A stretch of 63,481 nucleotides of DNA, filler included, from Choristocarpus tenellus KU-1152 (lineage: Eukaryota > Protista > Phaeophyceae): assembly GCA_964200185.2 (NCBI GenBank). It is 7 parts of 7 records of this genome, joined end to end, with 100 filler letters (N's around TTAATTAATTAA, not from the genome) between each part and the next. Parts side by side here need not be neighbours in the genome. Positions count along the whole stretch, not along the records: positions 1 to 22,012 come from CAXNAD020000309.1; positions 22,113 to 29,825 come from CAXNAD020005702.1; 5 more parts are not named here. The stretch is one strand, 5' to 3'. The notes below the pieces were generated by a model. It worked only from the letters and a program-made list of their open reading frames with translations, did not search any database and was not told the origin of the DNA. Below are positions 13,701 to 27,226 of this stretch, in pieces; the stretch's first letter is position 1; the number at the start of each line of letters is the position of its first letter. The position numbers and the translations under genes are program-made.

Positions 13701-16700
13701 AATCCTCTTACCATATAGGATTGTTGTCTTGTGCTTGTTGTCTGCACCGGATAAACTAACATTTCTTTGGGAAGGTGCAGAAACACAGTTGAACCAAATG
13801 ATCGCACCAGGCATCAGTTACATCACCACACACTGTCCACCCTTCACATCTCTCTGCTGTAATCTAAAAGTTGGGACACAATGCAATGTTGGTTCCCTTA
13901 ATAGGTTCCCTCACCATGTCACTGATTCCAATTGTGTCCTTGAGCCACTTTGCCTTGGGAGCCAAGTTATTCTCAACACTGAGGCCCATCACCTGCACAT
14001 TTGCACACCAATCATTTAGAATGACACACCAACAATTTATTATCACACCATTCAGTCATGGAGGTACAGTACTGTAGTAGATTTTTTTTGTTTCACTACA
14101 AGATGATACAAGTTTCTGAAACAATCACTATCAAGCACCACCCCAACTGACCAATAGTAGGGTTCTTCTCATCAATGCGCATGGTGCAGGAACCTCTGAC
14201 ATCTGATCTACGAAGTTCAATCTCCCACTAAAAACGTTAAGCACACTTGACAAGTGAGGTTCACGGCTCTTCAATGATCAATATTATAAATACCTGCCTG
14301 AGGGCTATTGAGGACAACCTTCCGTAGCTGGTCCTTACGAAGTCCAAGCTCTACTGATAACCAAGTCATCTGATCAAAGAAAAAAGAGATGCACCAATGT
14401 TGTGCGTACAAGTATGAGGCACTGATAGAAAAGTTAACAAAGTTAATCTGTTTGTGGTTTATTATTGAGGGGCAATGTTTTATCATGAAATCACACCAAA
14501 CAAACACAGAGCAAGCCCTCCAACCATGATAATGACAACAATAACAATATAATATTAACAGAAAGCATTCAGTTCTATTGATAGTACTTGAAACAATTAC
14601 AGGGCATGTGTGAATTTAACAAGTGGGAAATGCTGGTGTTGGTGACACTTCAAGTACTGTTACTGCCACCATTAATGCCATGGTACTAATAAAAATGAAG
14701 ATACAATAGCAGCCACAGGTGTAGATATCTTAGCATTAAATTGCCTTTTGTTCCTCAATACTATCCTCAACTTCCAGTCATGAAAACACTTATTTTCCAC
14801 ACCATTGGACAAACACAGACAGACACACCTTTGGAGCAAGATTGTTCTCGATGCTGTACCACAACACTGGGGGTGCACCAACAATGATCTTTATGAGGTC
14901 TTTGGTTGTGATACCCATGGTCTGCTGCAAGTAAGACACCTGTGAGGATTACGTAAATAATGCATACCAATACTTGGGTAAATATTACTAATATCAATAT
15001 TTAACAGATAATGCCATATGTGAATTATTCCAAATGGCAGAGGGAAAGCATTTGATGTTGCACTGACCTTGGGCTCAATGCTATTTATGAGACTCATCCC
15101 TAGTATCTCTGGATGAATCTGCAACACCTTCCTCACATCCAGTAGACGCATTCCCAAGTCATCCACCAGAAAGTCACACTGTGAGAGCAATCATCCATAT
15201 TCAAATCACAGCAATTATATGGTATACTATTAGCATTATATAATCAACAAGACCAACAGTTACCGCAGTGCATTTAGTCTGTTCAAGCATTGCGTGGGGT
15301 ATAAATAAAAAGAATAATGTAGGGGATTGTTGACGTATGCTAGAGATCAGTATATTCTCTGAAATAGCAACCATTCTATTCACTGACAATCTCACTACAC
15401 AAGACCATTCTAGTGTCCTGATATCAACAGAAAAATGCACACATGACATGATCAATGACCGTCCAAGGAAGGAATAGTTTTACACTTTCACTTGCCAAGA
15501 GGCACCATTTCAGCCAGTTGATTGAAGCTACACATGTATTGACCTGTGTTGTAAGTAGCTAACAAAGCACACTGAAAACTAAAAAATGAGCAGTGGGTGT
15601 GGTAGTTCATAGAAAATACCACTATCACTACAATACACTGTAACAGTCAGTACCTGTGGAACTGTCAAGTAATACTACTACTACTACTACTATTGTTATT
15701 ATTGTGTATATGTCGCCCTGTCTCTTTTGTATGAGCACATTAATGCTGTAACCACAATTTAGTTCACAAAGGCCAACCAAATAATTAACTAAGCCAGTAC
15801 TAACTCTAGCCACATCAGTGAGGATTAATGTCAACAAATGGTCATTCAATCTTCTAGAAATAGTGCCCTAATATGTAACTTCAGAGTACACCTATTGCCT
15901 TCTGCAGCACTCACCCTGCCAACAAACTTGTTACAAGATACTAGTGAACTAAGTATTGAGGGTCCATCTACCTCAAGCCTTTCACCTTTCTGGTCATGCT
16001 CTCTACCTCATGCTGGAGAATGCCTGGCTGCTCCGCCACCTGAGCACAAATAAAAAAATGAAAAACATCGTTTAATCCATCTTTCTTGCATACTGTGCAC
16101 TCAAAGGGTCATTTGACATCTCGTACGTTCTCGCCTTATCAAGCACTACCAAACCTCCCAATGATATAGGTATGGCACAAGATATTATTATTACTAATAA
16201 TAGTGCTCACCAGTACACCGAGCTCATCCTTGCTGAATTCGAGGTAGTCAGCAAAAAAAGAGTGTCTTTGCTGCAAGGCTTCGAGCGAAGTGGTCATGAG
16301 GGTGGGTCGACCAACCACCGCCTGCCAAGACAAAACATAAAAAACAGCAAAGAGACATGCAGCAATTCATTGGTGATCTCAAGGGGAAAACATCACCAAT
16401 CAAGCCTACAGCATATTTGATAGATGTCTGAGCACCACATGGCTAGGTCACGCAAAGTCTCACTACGAACTAAAAATGTGTATCTAAAAAATGTGTATAC
16501 ATGTATGTATACTACTTAGAGTATGCCTTGTCTTGGTGCCCATCATGGTAGTTACTTAGTACTTTGAAGTATCTAAGTGAACAAACAATACTCATACACA
16601 CATCGCTTTGCTCAGCTTCTACCCAAACCCACTACCAGTAGAGATATCAACTAGCCAGTCACTCACCGCAGCAGACTGGTCTTTGGTAAGTGAAAATAAG

Positions 16701-19700
16701 TCCCTCAGGAGGTCAATACGTTGTTGGACGGCCTTGAGTGGGACCAGGAAGTTCTTAGTGGAGGTAATAAACAACTTTCTCACCTGAGAGCGGCTAAATC
16801 CTGCCTCCATAAACCATGCCACCTTGGTAAATGTATGATCACACCAGCACAGAGAGGGTGTAGGGTACTTGTAGAATTGGGTTCATTTGTGCTTCCTTGA
16901 CTAGAAACACTCCAGCAGTGCTGGAGGAAGGTAGGCAGATCACCTCATTCCATATAATTTACATCATAATTTACACTGCTCCTCATTAGGAAGACACTGC
17001 ACACGGGTTCTATTGACGTTTCAAGCATTACTATTGCCCAAGGTGTGGCCAACTCATCTATGTTTTCCCATGTGCCCGTAAATCTGAACCAAAACAAGGG
17101 AGAAATCTCCAACAAAGAAGCCAAGCCATTTGACCTCACTTGGGAGTTCAAAGAGGTTCACTTGTGGAGAAAAGTATCACTTCCCTCAATAAAGGTGAGT
17201 ATTATATATTAATAGTAACAATAATAAAAATGATTAAACAACTAAAATTCGAGTGAGAAAGAAATAGTGAAGATTGCTTGTCCATGACCACTGGCAAATA
17301 GATAATAAATTTGCAGGTTTATAGAAGGACAATATTCAAAAGCATGTTTTTGAACAATATCACCAGTGCTCACTGTATTTTGCACCCCCCAATGTTGCCG
17401 CATTCAGTGTACTTTGTGTTTAATAATCAAATTTCGATGCTGTAATATGTTCCACATGTGGGGGCAGGATATGAAGCATAGATACCTTGTAGTAATTCCT
17501 TGAGCATGTTTCCCGTGTGGGTCTCTCAACATCAGCAAGGTCCATGGCTCACAATTTCTCTTTCATATCTATGTGCCACCTGAGAGTGCTGAGGTTGTCT
17601 TCCCTGCTATTGATTTCACTGACATTAACGTAAAATAAAAAAATGTCGAAAGTCCCGTAACACTGATGCCTGTAGGCTGAGTAGCACACATGTTGTTGTG
17701 TAACAGAACAGCAGCCATCATGCCGCATCTTAACCTTGAAAATTGAGAAATATCTCTGACAGCAAAGAAACCTGGTTCAAGAAGGAACCAGCAAAAGATG
17801 ATGTGACTGGAACCCACAACTAAGTCCACCATGTAACATGCTGTGTGACCCATTTATTGGCACAGACACACAACAACAGCAACCTGACCATTGCTTGAAG
17901 CCTCATCTCACCTTTGGTCTCAATTCTGAATGCAGGTCGCATCTCATAAATCTGGGGCTTCTGAGAAGCACATCCTTGAGTTGTGCTTTTTCAATTCCCA
18001 TGTCCTTGCAAAAGAAGGTAATCTGAACTCAATTTGAAAGAAATTGCATGACATCAAGGGGGAAGGGAAGAGGAACTCAACACCTTACAGAAGTCTAGTC
18101 ATCTCCACCAATGGAACATTTTACAGGGGCCAAAATCTGAGGGCAGGAGTCTAAAGTCAAAGTAATTTATGCATCGAACATGTACATAGCTGCTGAGTAT
18201 GCTGGGTATCGTGTAGTTAGAGGTGTTATTACCAACGCTCAGAAAACAAATTTCACTGAGTGTTAACAAGGGATTCCTGTGTGTAGTCCGTGCATCATAG
18301 ACACAAATCAAACACATGCCAACGCTTAGGCAGGCCTTTGGTCGGAAGGAACTCAAGCAGCAACACCCATGGACCAGGTAATCACAGTCATTTTGTGTGA
18401 CCCATATTGACGGTAGGGTTAGCAAATTGCAAGCACTGGAAGGTTGCCCTGACCCGTTTTCTACACCATTTTCCTCTGTAAATCCTATTATTACCACCGA
18501 AAACACCCGTATTTGTCTTGTAGAAGAGATTCTTTGTACCAAGTACCATAAAACGTCACTTAGCAGGATTTTGGTTAACAATCGATCATATCCATGAAAA
18601 ACAGAATTGTGTCAAAATGGTGATTTCAAGCAACTGACTGGTGCTTGGATCAAATTGGAAGACGGTAGTCAATGTAGGTTGAAAATACTATCCAAGGCAA
18701 GAGCTGCAGCACTTATTTGACTTGTTTAAAAAAAACTCAGCGGCACAGATTCACAAGAATGAAAGGAAAGGACAGGAAAAAAGGGGTCATAAGAACAGTA
18801 CCAACAGGCAATGTCTCTTAATAAATGTCTGTTAATCAAAGCAGGGTATCCCACCCGTACTATCTGTTCATGAAGTGGACTTTTGATAGCTGTGGGTGGT
18901 CACAGCTATATGAACAAACCTTTGGGGAGATGTTACTTTGAACATTCATTGTCAGTAGCTTTGGTATCTTGACAGCCATTTCACCAACTTCCTCCTTTGA
19001 CAGTCCCAGCTTTTGGGTGAACCACTGGACCTGCTTAAGATTTGGTACATAGAGAGGCAATGCTTTTATGTGAGTGAAGACCATTAGCAATGATGAAAAA
19101 CTTGCCAAGAGATCATTTACGGTATGCATGATCAAAAAGAGAAAGGCGCATATAGTGTGCTAAGCATGTCGACATGCTTACTTGAAATTGTGCGTAAGCC
19201 CTCACGTCCTGTTAATAATTCCACATCAAAGCCTTAGTTGGACAAGCAAAGATTAAAAACAGCACAAAGCTTGAAAAACCAGCATTGGAAGCATGTTGCT
19301 TTTTTTGCTTGCCTGCTTCTCCAATCCAGTGTTGATATCTGTATAAAGCAACTGTGGTTGCGTTGCAATAACCTTAATCAACCCTTCATCCTCAAGGCCA
19401 AGATTCTTCTGCATCCACACCACGCGTTTATTTACATACGGTCCTGGGAAGGTCAGCAGCAGTGGATGAGTTGACAGCATCAACCTCACCTGTCAATACC
19501 GTACATTGTATGGATGTATTTTTGAACATACTATGGCAGAATAATATATCGGGTTCGTCATGAGGCAAAGGGGTGCCATGGGTTATGTCGCAGGCGCAGG
19601 GTGTTTCCCAGCATGAGGGAAAATGCGAAAAATATGCAACTTTTGTTGACATCATTGTCTTGCCTGTTTCTTGGGTATTTCTACTTCCTCCAAGAGATAG

Positions 19701-20509
19701 GACACCAGAGATGGTGCACTTCCGTGGACGCTCATTGGTAGGGGAACCATGTCATCCAGGGGCTTAGAACCAATCTTGGCCATGCTTTCCAAATCTCCAT
19801 TTGCCAATCCAACTTCTTCGCGTCCATTCCGAGTACCACTTTGTACGATGCAGTTCAAGCTGGACCTGCTTGTAGGCAAGCTGGAGATCAACCAAAGGGT
19901 AACTCGTAGAACCAATGATCTATTTTAGCATGCGGCTAGATCACCACAGCACGGGCAGTGCGATTCGTTCAAGTGGCGTTAGGACTGCGATGGTGATATT
20001 TCCGTGCAACGCTCTTCGCACGACAGGTATGGGCGAGGTGGAGAGTTCAAGAAAGGGACAGCATAACTTGAGCAATCTGGGCTCTAGGATTCAAGCCTCC
20101 CATCGTCCCCAAGGATAAACAAAATGTAAGAAAAAGGAGAAGCATTAGCTTCCATCGGTACGGTGACAATTGTAACTCTGCTAAGGTACCATCACCTCAA
20201 AGAACTCAGTTCAGCCGATGTCATCTCTAGCGTTGCCTCGAGATAATTCTCGACGAAGAGAACACCATCCTCCTCACTACCGATCAAAGGGTTTGCTATG
20301 GCTTCCATAGCCACCTTCAAGACTTTTGTTACAGAAAAGATGGATCTCGTGCGTCGTCTTTGCTGTGCTGAGTCATGTTGACACCTTTCGCTGAAGTGCC
20401 AACCAGGAAGGTGCCTTCCAGCACGTCCAGAAGAAACAGACAATGGGTCACTTCGGAGAAGACCCACAAAAACACTCCGTAGACATTGCTGCGAGCTGTG
20501 GAGAACCAT
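10758..20509 (-). CDS. mTERF-repeat protein (mitochondrial transcription termination factor family), 16 exons, ~783 aa, N-terminus resembles an organelle-targeting presequence
   Basis: Exons 20509-20196, 19865-19664, 19489-19313, 19030-18920, 18022-17912, 16822-16667, 16321-16211, 16039-15986, 15178-15068, 14939-14829, 14369-14298, 13992-13915, 12996-12925, 12288-12139, 11780-11694, 11192-10758 join in frame (2352 nt). About 15 repeats of ~37 aa (VxFLxxxLG..V.K...P.LL.YSIE.NL.PK) ending in LAYSMSKRFIPR. Confidence 0.9.
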
Positions 20510-20799
20510 GAACTACGTGGGTACGTCTCTGAAGTGAGACTTTCTCTGTAAGGTTGTCTAAACTGACTATTATGACTCTGAGTTTGTGTCTAAGGATTTA
20601 AAAAAAACGATGTGTTGTTCCCTTCGCGTATCGTTGTAGTTGGTATACAGTATTGTTGAATTGTTACTAACTTCAATACGTCAGTAATAATTATAATAGA
20701 AATTCTACAAAGCCACCCAACAATATATCAAACAGGTGAAATCATCTTTTAACCATTGAACTCTAGTAGTTTTCTTTTTTAAAATATACCACTAGTTTT

Positions 20800-20970
20800 G
20801 TTGGAGATGATCCCAGTCCTCGCCAATTCCACGGTGCGATGTGGGCATGTATTGGTATATATGATGGATAGTGTATACGTAATAGTTTGGAATCAGACAA
20901 GGTCTTCGGCAAGGGTATGTCCTTTCCCCCATCCTATTCTACATTTTCGCTGCAGTCCTAAGCATGCTGG
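20800..20970 (+). pseudogene. Decayed LINE (RTE-like) reverse transcriptase fragment
   Basis: Frameshifted translations RQFHGAMWACI and QGLRQGYVLSPILFYIFAAVL resemble the RT motif QGLRQGCVLAPLLFNIFFAAVL. Confidence 0.65.
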
Positions 20971-21741
20971 TTAATCAAGGAGTTCAACTATAACAGTTGG
21001 GGTTTGTAGACATTTCAGCAAATATTTTGGGGTCGAACTGTTTGGAGAATGGAACAAAAAGTACACTGCTACTGTAGTGTTAGCCCAGTTTAGTCTCCAG
21101 TTTCTACTCACTCTCCTTGGAAATTTATAGTAGTATGTGTTCCCTATTTGGTCAAGGAAGACCTTTTGGGAAATGTGCAACTCATCCTTAGCATGCGAAG
21201 ACAAGGGGTGAGGTGGTAATTGTTAGTGAATGAGAATGTAGGTTGTCTTTTGTGGTGGTGTTGATGCTGCTGTAGGTCTGTCTCACTGTGTGTCCCGAGT
21301 GAATAGAGCACAATATCAGATATCCCAAGGTGGAATGGGGTTAGGTACTGATCAGTCTAAAAGGTGACATTTGGTCCAACCCAATTGCACCCTAACTGCA
21401 GTAACGATGTACCCAATTTTTCTCTAGAGACAAGTAGGTGGCAGGCAATCTTTTGATCTGGTAGAGCTCTAGTTGGCCTTAGTATGAGGAGGGGGAGAAG
21501 AAGGCTCTGAGTAAATATGGGATTGGGGAGGAGAGGGAAGAGGGAGGGCAGTGTGTGCCGTCCAGTTTTGTCAAGGAGGCGTATAGACTTGACCCCCGTA
21601 TTTCAGATGGCTGTTGTTGCTCTGTTGTTTCCCTTGAATATCTGCAAACCTCCTATTCATGACATTTTGTTTCCATCCCTGCAGTGCATAGACTTCATGG
21701 GGCCACCCAAAATGGAGTAGACGACATCACAATGATGAGGA

Positions 21742-21978
21742 GGTCAAGGTTTGGTCGAGGACCACTCCACTTCAACTATGCCTGAGGAGATGACAAGTAA
21801 TGCCTACTTCTACTTCTTCGTGAATACCTTTGTGTGAGCAGGTGGGATTAGTCTCTACATCTTGACTGCAGAGACTAATCTCACCTGCTCACATTAAGGT
21901 ATACATGAAGAGGTAGGTGTACTTTGCCATTTCCTTAAGAATGACTGAAGTGTAATGGACTCCGACCAAACCTTGACC
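21742..21978. repeat. Long imperfect inverted repeat (~235-bp foldback, short loop)
   Basis: Arms ggtcaaggtttggtcg...gtgagcaggtgggattagtctct and agagactaatctcacctgctcac...cgaccaaaccttgacc pair over ~110 bp. Confidence 0.85.
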
Positions 21979-22012
21979 CAAAGTATCTGGGAGGGGGGGT
22001 CTACACCAGGGT
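21975..22012. mobile_element. MITE family B, left end truncated by contig end
   Basis: gacccaaagtatctgggagggggggtctacaccagggt matches the start of the 6515 copy. Confidence 0.8.
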
Positions 22013-22112
22013 NNNNNNNNNNNNNNNNNNNNNNNNNNNNNNNNNNNNNNNNNNNNTTAATTAATTAANNNNNNNNNNNNNNNNNNNNNNNNNNNNNNNN
22101 NNNNNNNNNNNN
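22013..22112. other. Artificial contig linker
   Basis: 44 N + TTAATTAATTAA (stops in all frames) + 44 N; identical linkers at 29826-29925, 45714-45813, 52495-52594, 55668-55767, 59549-59648. Confidence 0.98.
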
Positions 22113-23549
22113 AAACGTACGTATAACCTATGTTGTATACTTGTGTCAGCACAAACAACGTAAGGACAACACTAGGTTATTCGACATACCTGTTGAGGTT
22201 GTTTACTACAAAGTAATGTGTATATGTAGTGGTACTATACTCTTTTAACCTAGGTTACCCCTATGAACGTACCTGTTGTGGGTGAGGAGGTAGGAAAACA
22301 TCCCAAGAATCTGTTTTGGTCGTCCCTTCTTCCCCACCTATAAGGTGTTCGTAGGTTGAGATGGATGTCTCTTGAGAAACCACGTAGGCGCTAACGGACA
22401 CTATCTGTCCCAAGCAACCCTTGGTGCCCCCTTTTTCCTTTAACAATGGACCCTACCCCTCTTCCCAACGGATCTCTCTCTGGTCCCTTAAAAAACTGTC
22501 CAAGACTCCCCATTGTTCTTTTGACCATCGGCCATTTACTATTCATTTTATTTTTTTGCCCTCTGACATTTTGTAGATGTGTAAGGGGGAAAACCAGATT
22601 TACTATTATATACTTCGAATGATTTCTGGTCATTTCCCCTCACATCAAGTTTCTTAGTCAGAACAAGCGGAGAATTTCCATATTAGTCCCACCAATAATT
22701 GTGTAATTGTGGTATATGGCAGCTATTAGAGAGAGAGGATGAATTCCTACTCTACAAAGGTTTTTGAATTTTTCCTACAGAGTTGGGTTTGTCTAAGGAG
22801 TCGGTAGGTCCCTTAAAAATGTTCCTATCTACAGAAGGAGATATTTCCTAGATAAATGTATGGTATTAATTTCTGAAAATAGTGTTCACAATCGATTTAC
22901 AACAAAGTACAAATACCACTATTGTATTTACTGAAATGTAATAGACTAGTGTACATTGTTCTACTATTACTTCTATAAACTCCTTACATAAAACTATCAA
23001 TAATCAATATTTAATAAATGATTCCTGACTACTAACCTCATGCTCACAAGTCACACACGCACGCCATTTCCTTTTCTTTCTCCCAATTTATTGAACCATG
23101 ACTTGGGAAGTATTTTCTTGTGCACAATAAAATTATATAGAAAATATTATGATGCCACCCAATTTGTTCTAATCTTGGGCTAACTGAATTGAGAACAGAT
23201 GGTCAAATTCACATTGTTAGTATAACTATTCATACTTTGGTGTCGTCGTTGAGTGATTTTGTCATAAGCAGATGTCATTGGAGAATCATGAGAAATGATC
23301 AAGGTCTTTTCTGTTTGAATTTGATGTTTGTCCATTGTAGCAAGCAATAACCCATATACCTCACCAACATCAATGTTCGAAGTTTCAAGTTTCAACGTCG
23401 TTCACAACCAACCACCAACTTCGACATAGACGAGAAGTGGAGATCATTGTCCTGATTTTCCCAAGTATCATCTGATTGTACTTGGATGACATCGTACACT
23501 GGTTTGTCTGACGAGTTAATAATTATTGCCGAGGCACAAACCAAGACCA

Positions 23550-25132
23550 ATGACGGCTATGGAATTGCGAACAATCGTACCAGATGTGGGTGGTGTCAAC
23601 GTGGACTGCCTCATGGATCGTGTCCGGCTGGGATCAGCTATACTTGTCGGCATCTCCGAGCCTACGGAAGTAATGACAAACCCTGTTCAACATGAGAACC
23701 GTGCACGGGTGCTCACTGAAGACGAACTGTTTGGCTTTTATGTAGACATGGAGGACTACGAGTACCTTGGGGACTCCACAAGGCATGACCATGCACACCT
23801 CAGCAGAAACTCGCTAGATGAAATTGCTCTTTCTGTACTGCTGAGCAAGTCAGATAGACCTGACTCCGTCGCATCCACCAATCCAATGTCTCGATCTTCG
23901 TCTGCGGACGACTGTGTTCAGCATGAAGGGATTGTCCCAGATTTTGAGATGATGGGAGGACGACACTTGTGCTGGGACCCGCTAGTCGCGACTCTCCCTG
24001 ATGGAGACAGTTATAGTGACCAGATTGGAAACTACCTCATGCACACACAGAAGCAAGCCGATAAAGAATGTCGAAAATTTCGTCTGTGGGGATCGCAGGA
24101 GGTGGTGGAGACACACCGCAATTCCAGATCTTGTACTTCGACCAAAACCTACGAGTTTACTCTGGAAGGCTCTGATGTACAAGCACTCGCCCAACTTGGA
24201 GTAATGCAAGATACTCCCAGAGGGCTCGGAGTTTTAAGGCTGACTTTTACTTTACAAATCGCGAGGCACAGGTGACAGAGACGATGCATTAGTTGCATGA
24301 AGAGTGTCGAGTAGGCAGTACAAGTAGTATCCCTTAGAGTGGAAAAGTGTAGGAAGCTATAATCTTGTTCTCTAAGAACGTACTCATACTCTCTCGCCAA
24401 TTACCCCAATAACGGATCTTTTTCTCAGGGTGGTATCAGAAGGATTTGGGCGCCATGCCCAATTCGAGGTTAGACTTGAGGGTGGCAACAAGAGCTGGGT
24501 AGCATGGCAGAGATTTTCCGAATTCAAAATGCTGACCAAGTGCGTGGATAAGAGCGCATCAGTTAGAAAGGCGTGGCAGAAGGTCAAAAATGCTCAACCT
24601 CGCTTTCGATGCCTTGACGCGTCGTACCTGTCACGCAAGTGTCGCTTGTTAGAGATGGTGAGCACCCCCCCCGTTGCACCTGTGAATGGTCGATCACGAC
24701 TATAAGAGTACTCATGAAATGCAAGCTTCTGAACATGTTGATCTCGATGAATTGTGACACGAGTGGATATGTTGTAGGCGAATATTTTATAGTTGAGAAG
24801 CTGCAGTGACAGAACAAGGAGGATGAGGCAGTACATACTGAAGCTGAAACACACAGCCAATCAATATTCACGAGAGATGTAGCGGTTTGGCATTAGATTA
24901 GGTGGTTCGCCTCATCTTCCAAATATCAGTTCATCATTGTGTCCGCTTCACGGTTCAAACTTGTTTGTCCTTCATGCTGAGGTATTACCAAATGATGTAG
25001 CTTCCCAACAACAGAGAAACCCTAACTGTTACATTGTACACTGCCTGCCCAATCTTTTCGCAGTTCTTGCAGCAGGTGATGTTTGCGATGCCCTCACCAC
25101 TTCTTCTAATTCACTTTGTGAATAGGGAGTGA
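23550..25132 (+). CDS. Protein with C-terminal PX (Phox homology)-like domain, 3 exons; start codon uncertain
   Basis: Exons 23550-24271, 24429-24657, 25064-25132 in frame; HAQFEVRLEGGNKSWVAWQRFSEFKML...YLSRKCRLLEMFLQQV..LIHFV fits the PX pattern (RRF/YSEF..L; R...LE.FL). Confidence 0.7.
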
Positions 25133-27226
25133 TCACATGCGTGTGCAGGAGACGTTGAGGGATGGATCCTTTCAATCCTTTTCGTGTAACCAGGGAACTC
25201 AGCAATGTTGGTCTTGTCGATCCTTCATGCATGATCTTGCCTTTTTTGTTTGTGGTGTGTTTATTCTCAAAAACATGGTGTCTAGGGATTGGGTAGTAGT
25301 TTCATAATTGTGTTTATTGTGGTCTTGAGAGTAAATGAGTAGTTCCCAAGATTGTATTTAGTATATGTGCTGTTTTAAGGGGTGTGCTTGATGTTGCGCG
25401 TTGAGAATGTGTATTTGTAATTGTATCTTCTGCTTCAACATTTTGCCTGAAGTACAACTACTGTATTATTGAAAGTATAGTATGCCTCTAGAGGGCTGAG
25501 ACCTTCATTGTTTTTTCATGTTTTATAAGCTTAACACATGGCTGGTTCACAGGTGATCACTCTTGTGCTTACTAGTTAGAGAACCAGCAACTAATTTTTA
25601 TTTATCTAGACTTTTTTGATTTTGCATCGTAGGTCGAGGCTAGGGGTTACCAAAATTTCTCTAGACAGGAGGTTATTTCATAATCAGGGTTACCAGATTG
25701 TGAACACATAGATTTGCCAGGGATGGCTTAGTAGTTCTGAGGTTGTGCCAGTGTGAAGTGCTGTAATATTTTCAGGCATGTGATCGGTGGTCAGGCAAAT
25801 ACATGACGTACCTGTAGTTAGTAGAAGGACAATAGAGGAGGCCCTCATTTAAGGGCATATCTCTGTGTTGTCATTACTTGTTCGGAGAGTCCGAGACAAG
25901 TCACACCCACTTGGTGGTACCCATAAATAACACAGATGTATTTAAATAGCTACTGTGATGTAAAAAAAATGTGATCTGATTCAACACTGATTACTTTCCA
26001 CATTTCAACTGCAAAGTACATCATAGTATTTTCTCTTCGTAAGATACGATGCATCTCATTACTTCCGTTTACACCTTAAAGAGTCAGAACTGACCCCAAA
26101 AAATCATACTTGAGTGAGATGGACAAGGGACTTGCATTGTTTCCTTTAGACACTCTAAGCGGAGTTTCAGACCGAGGACATGCATGACCATCTGGCACTC
26201 CACTTTGCTTACCATATCTCCATTTATTCCCTACATCTATGTATTCTAGTTTACAAGTTTTTCCCTTCTCATCAAATTTTCCCATTTATCATTAAAAGTC
26301 AGGAACTTCAAACCAAATTCTTGCAAGAGTTCTATAAATTTTGAATCTTGGACCATGTAATACTTCCTGTTCGTCTTGCAGTCTTTTGATCCCAAATTTG
26401 TGTCTTGATCTCAGCTTCGAGATCAATTCCTTTCTTTTTTTTTCGGTCAAGACAATCCAAAGGGGTATCAACTATAACTTGACAATCCCTCAATTCCTTC
26501 ATTATTACTATTTTTAATTACTTACACAAAGGTTGCCTTTAACATTGCACGTCCACACTATGCCAGCATTGTTTCAGTTCTCACATGCCATTACCTCCCC
26601 TCCATCTCACTGAGTACATGACAATTGGATGTAGATACTTGGTCAGTCGATAGTATCAGGAAATCCGTTGCCAACTTTGGGTCCTCACTAAGAATCCTCT
26701 ATGTTCTGGATCATTACTGTTGTAGTACAAATGATGCACACATCTAATACCATACCTTAGGAAGGACGCCATGAATGGTTGGTTTGATAGTGTTTGTATT
26801 GAATGTCTTCATTTACTTCAAAGCATCAGAGGTACAGTCAAGGAGATTTTGAACGACAACCGTAATTTCTGTTTGGAAGATCGAGAATGGGCACAAAACA
26901 ATTCCATTACAGGTAACTGTGCATCTCTACAGGTAGTTGTAAAGTCAAAACGGAATATTTTCATTCTTTCTGACAAGATGTTCACCGGAGATGAGTCAAG
27001 AGATTTAAGCATTATCACTTGGAAGTTCACTGGAGACAGGCATCGAACTCAACCATTATCACGTGGTCTGTATCATGCGATGACCCAAGAAATAGTCGCT
27101 TTTCATTCCACATTTCACCTGAAATGAGTGTGAATGTGAACAATTACCAAATTTGGGCAAACACTCTGATGTATGGTTGTATCAATCTCTGTTGTTCCTT
27201 AACCAACTTCTTCCCTAGCTACTATG

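Noticed and set aside
17485-17568. Candidate extra mTERF exon (tag|...aag|gt)
   Set aside because: Stops in all three frames, and flanking exons already join in repeat register
26050-27130. Broken coding-like sequence downstream of MMAA
   Set aside because: Multiple stops and no recognisable motif; possibly an old TE but cannot be assigned
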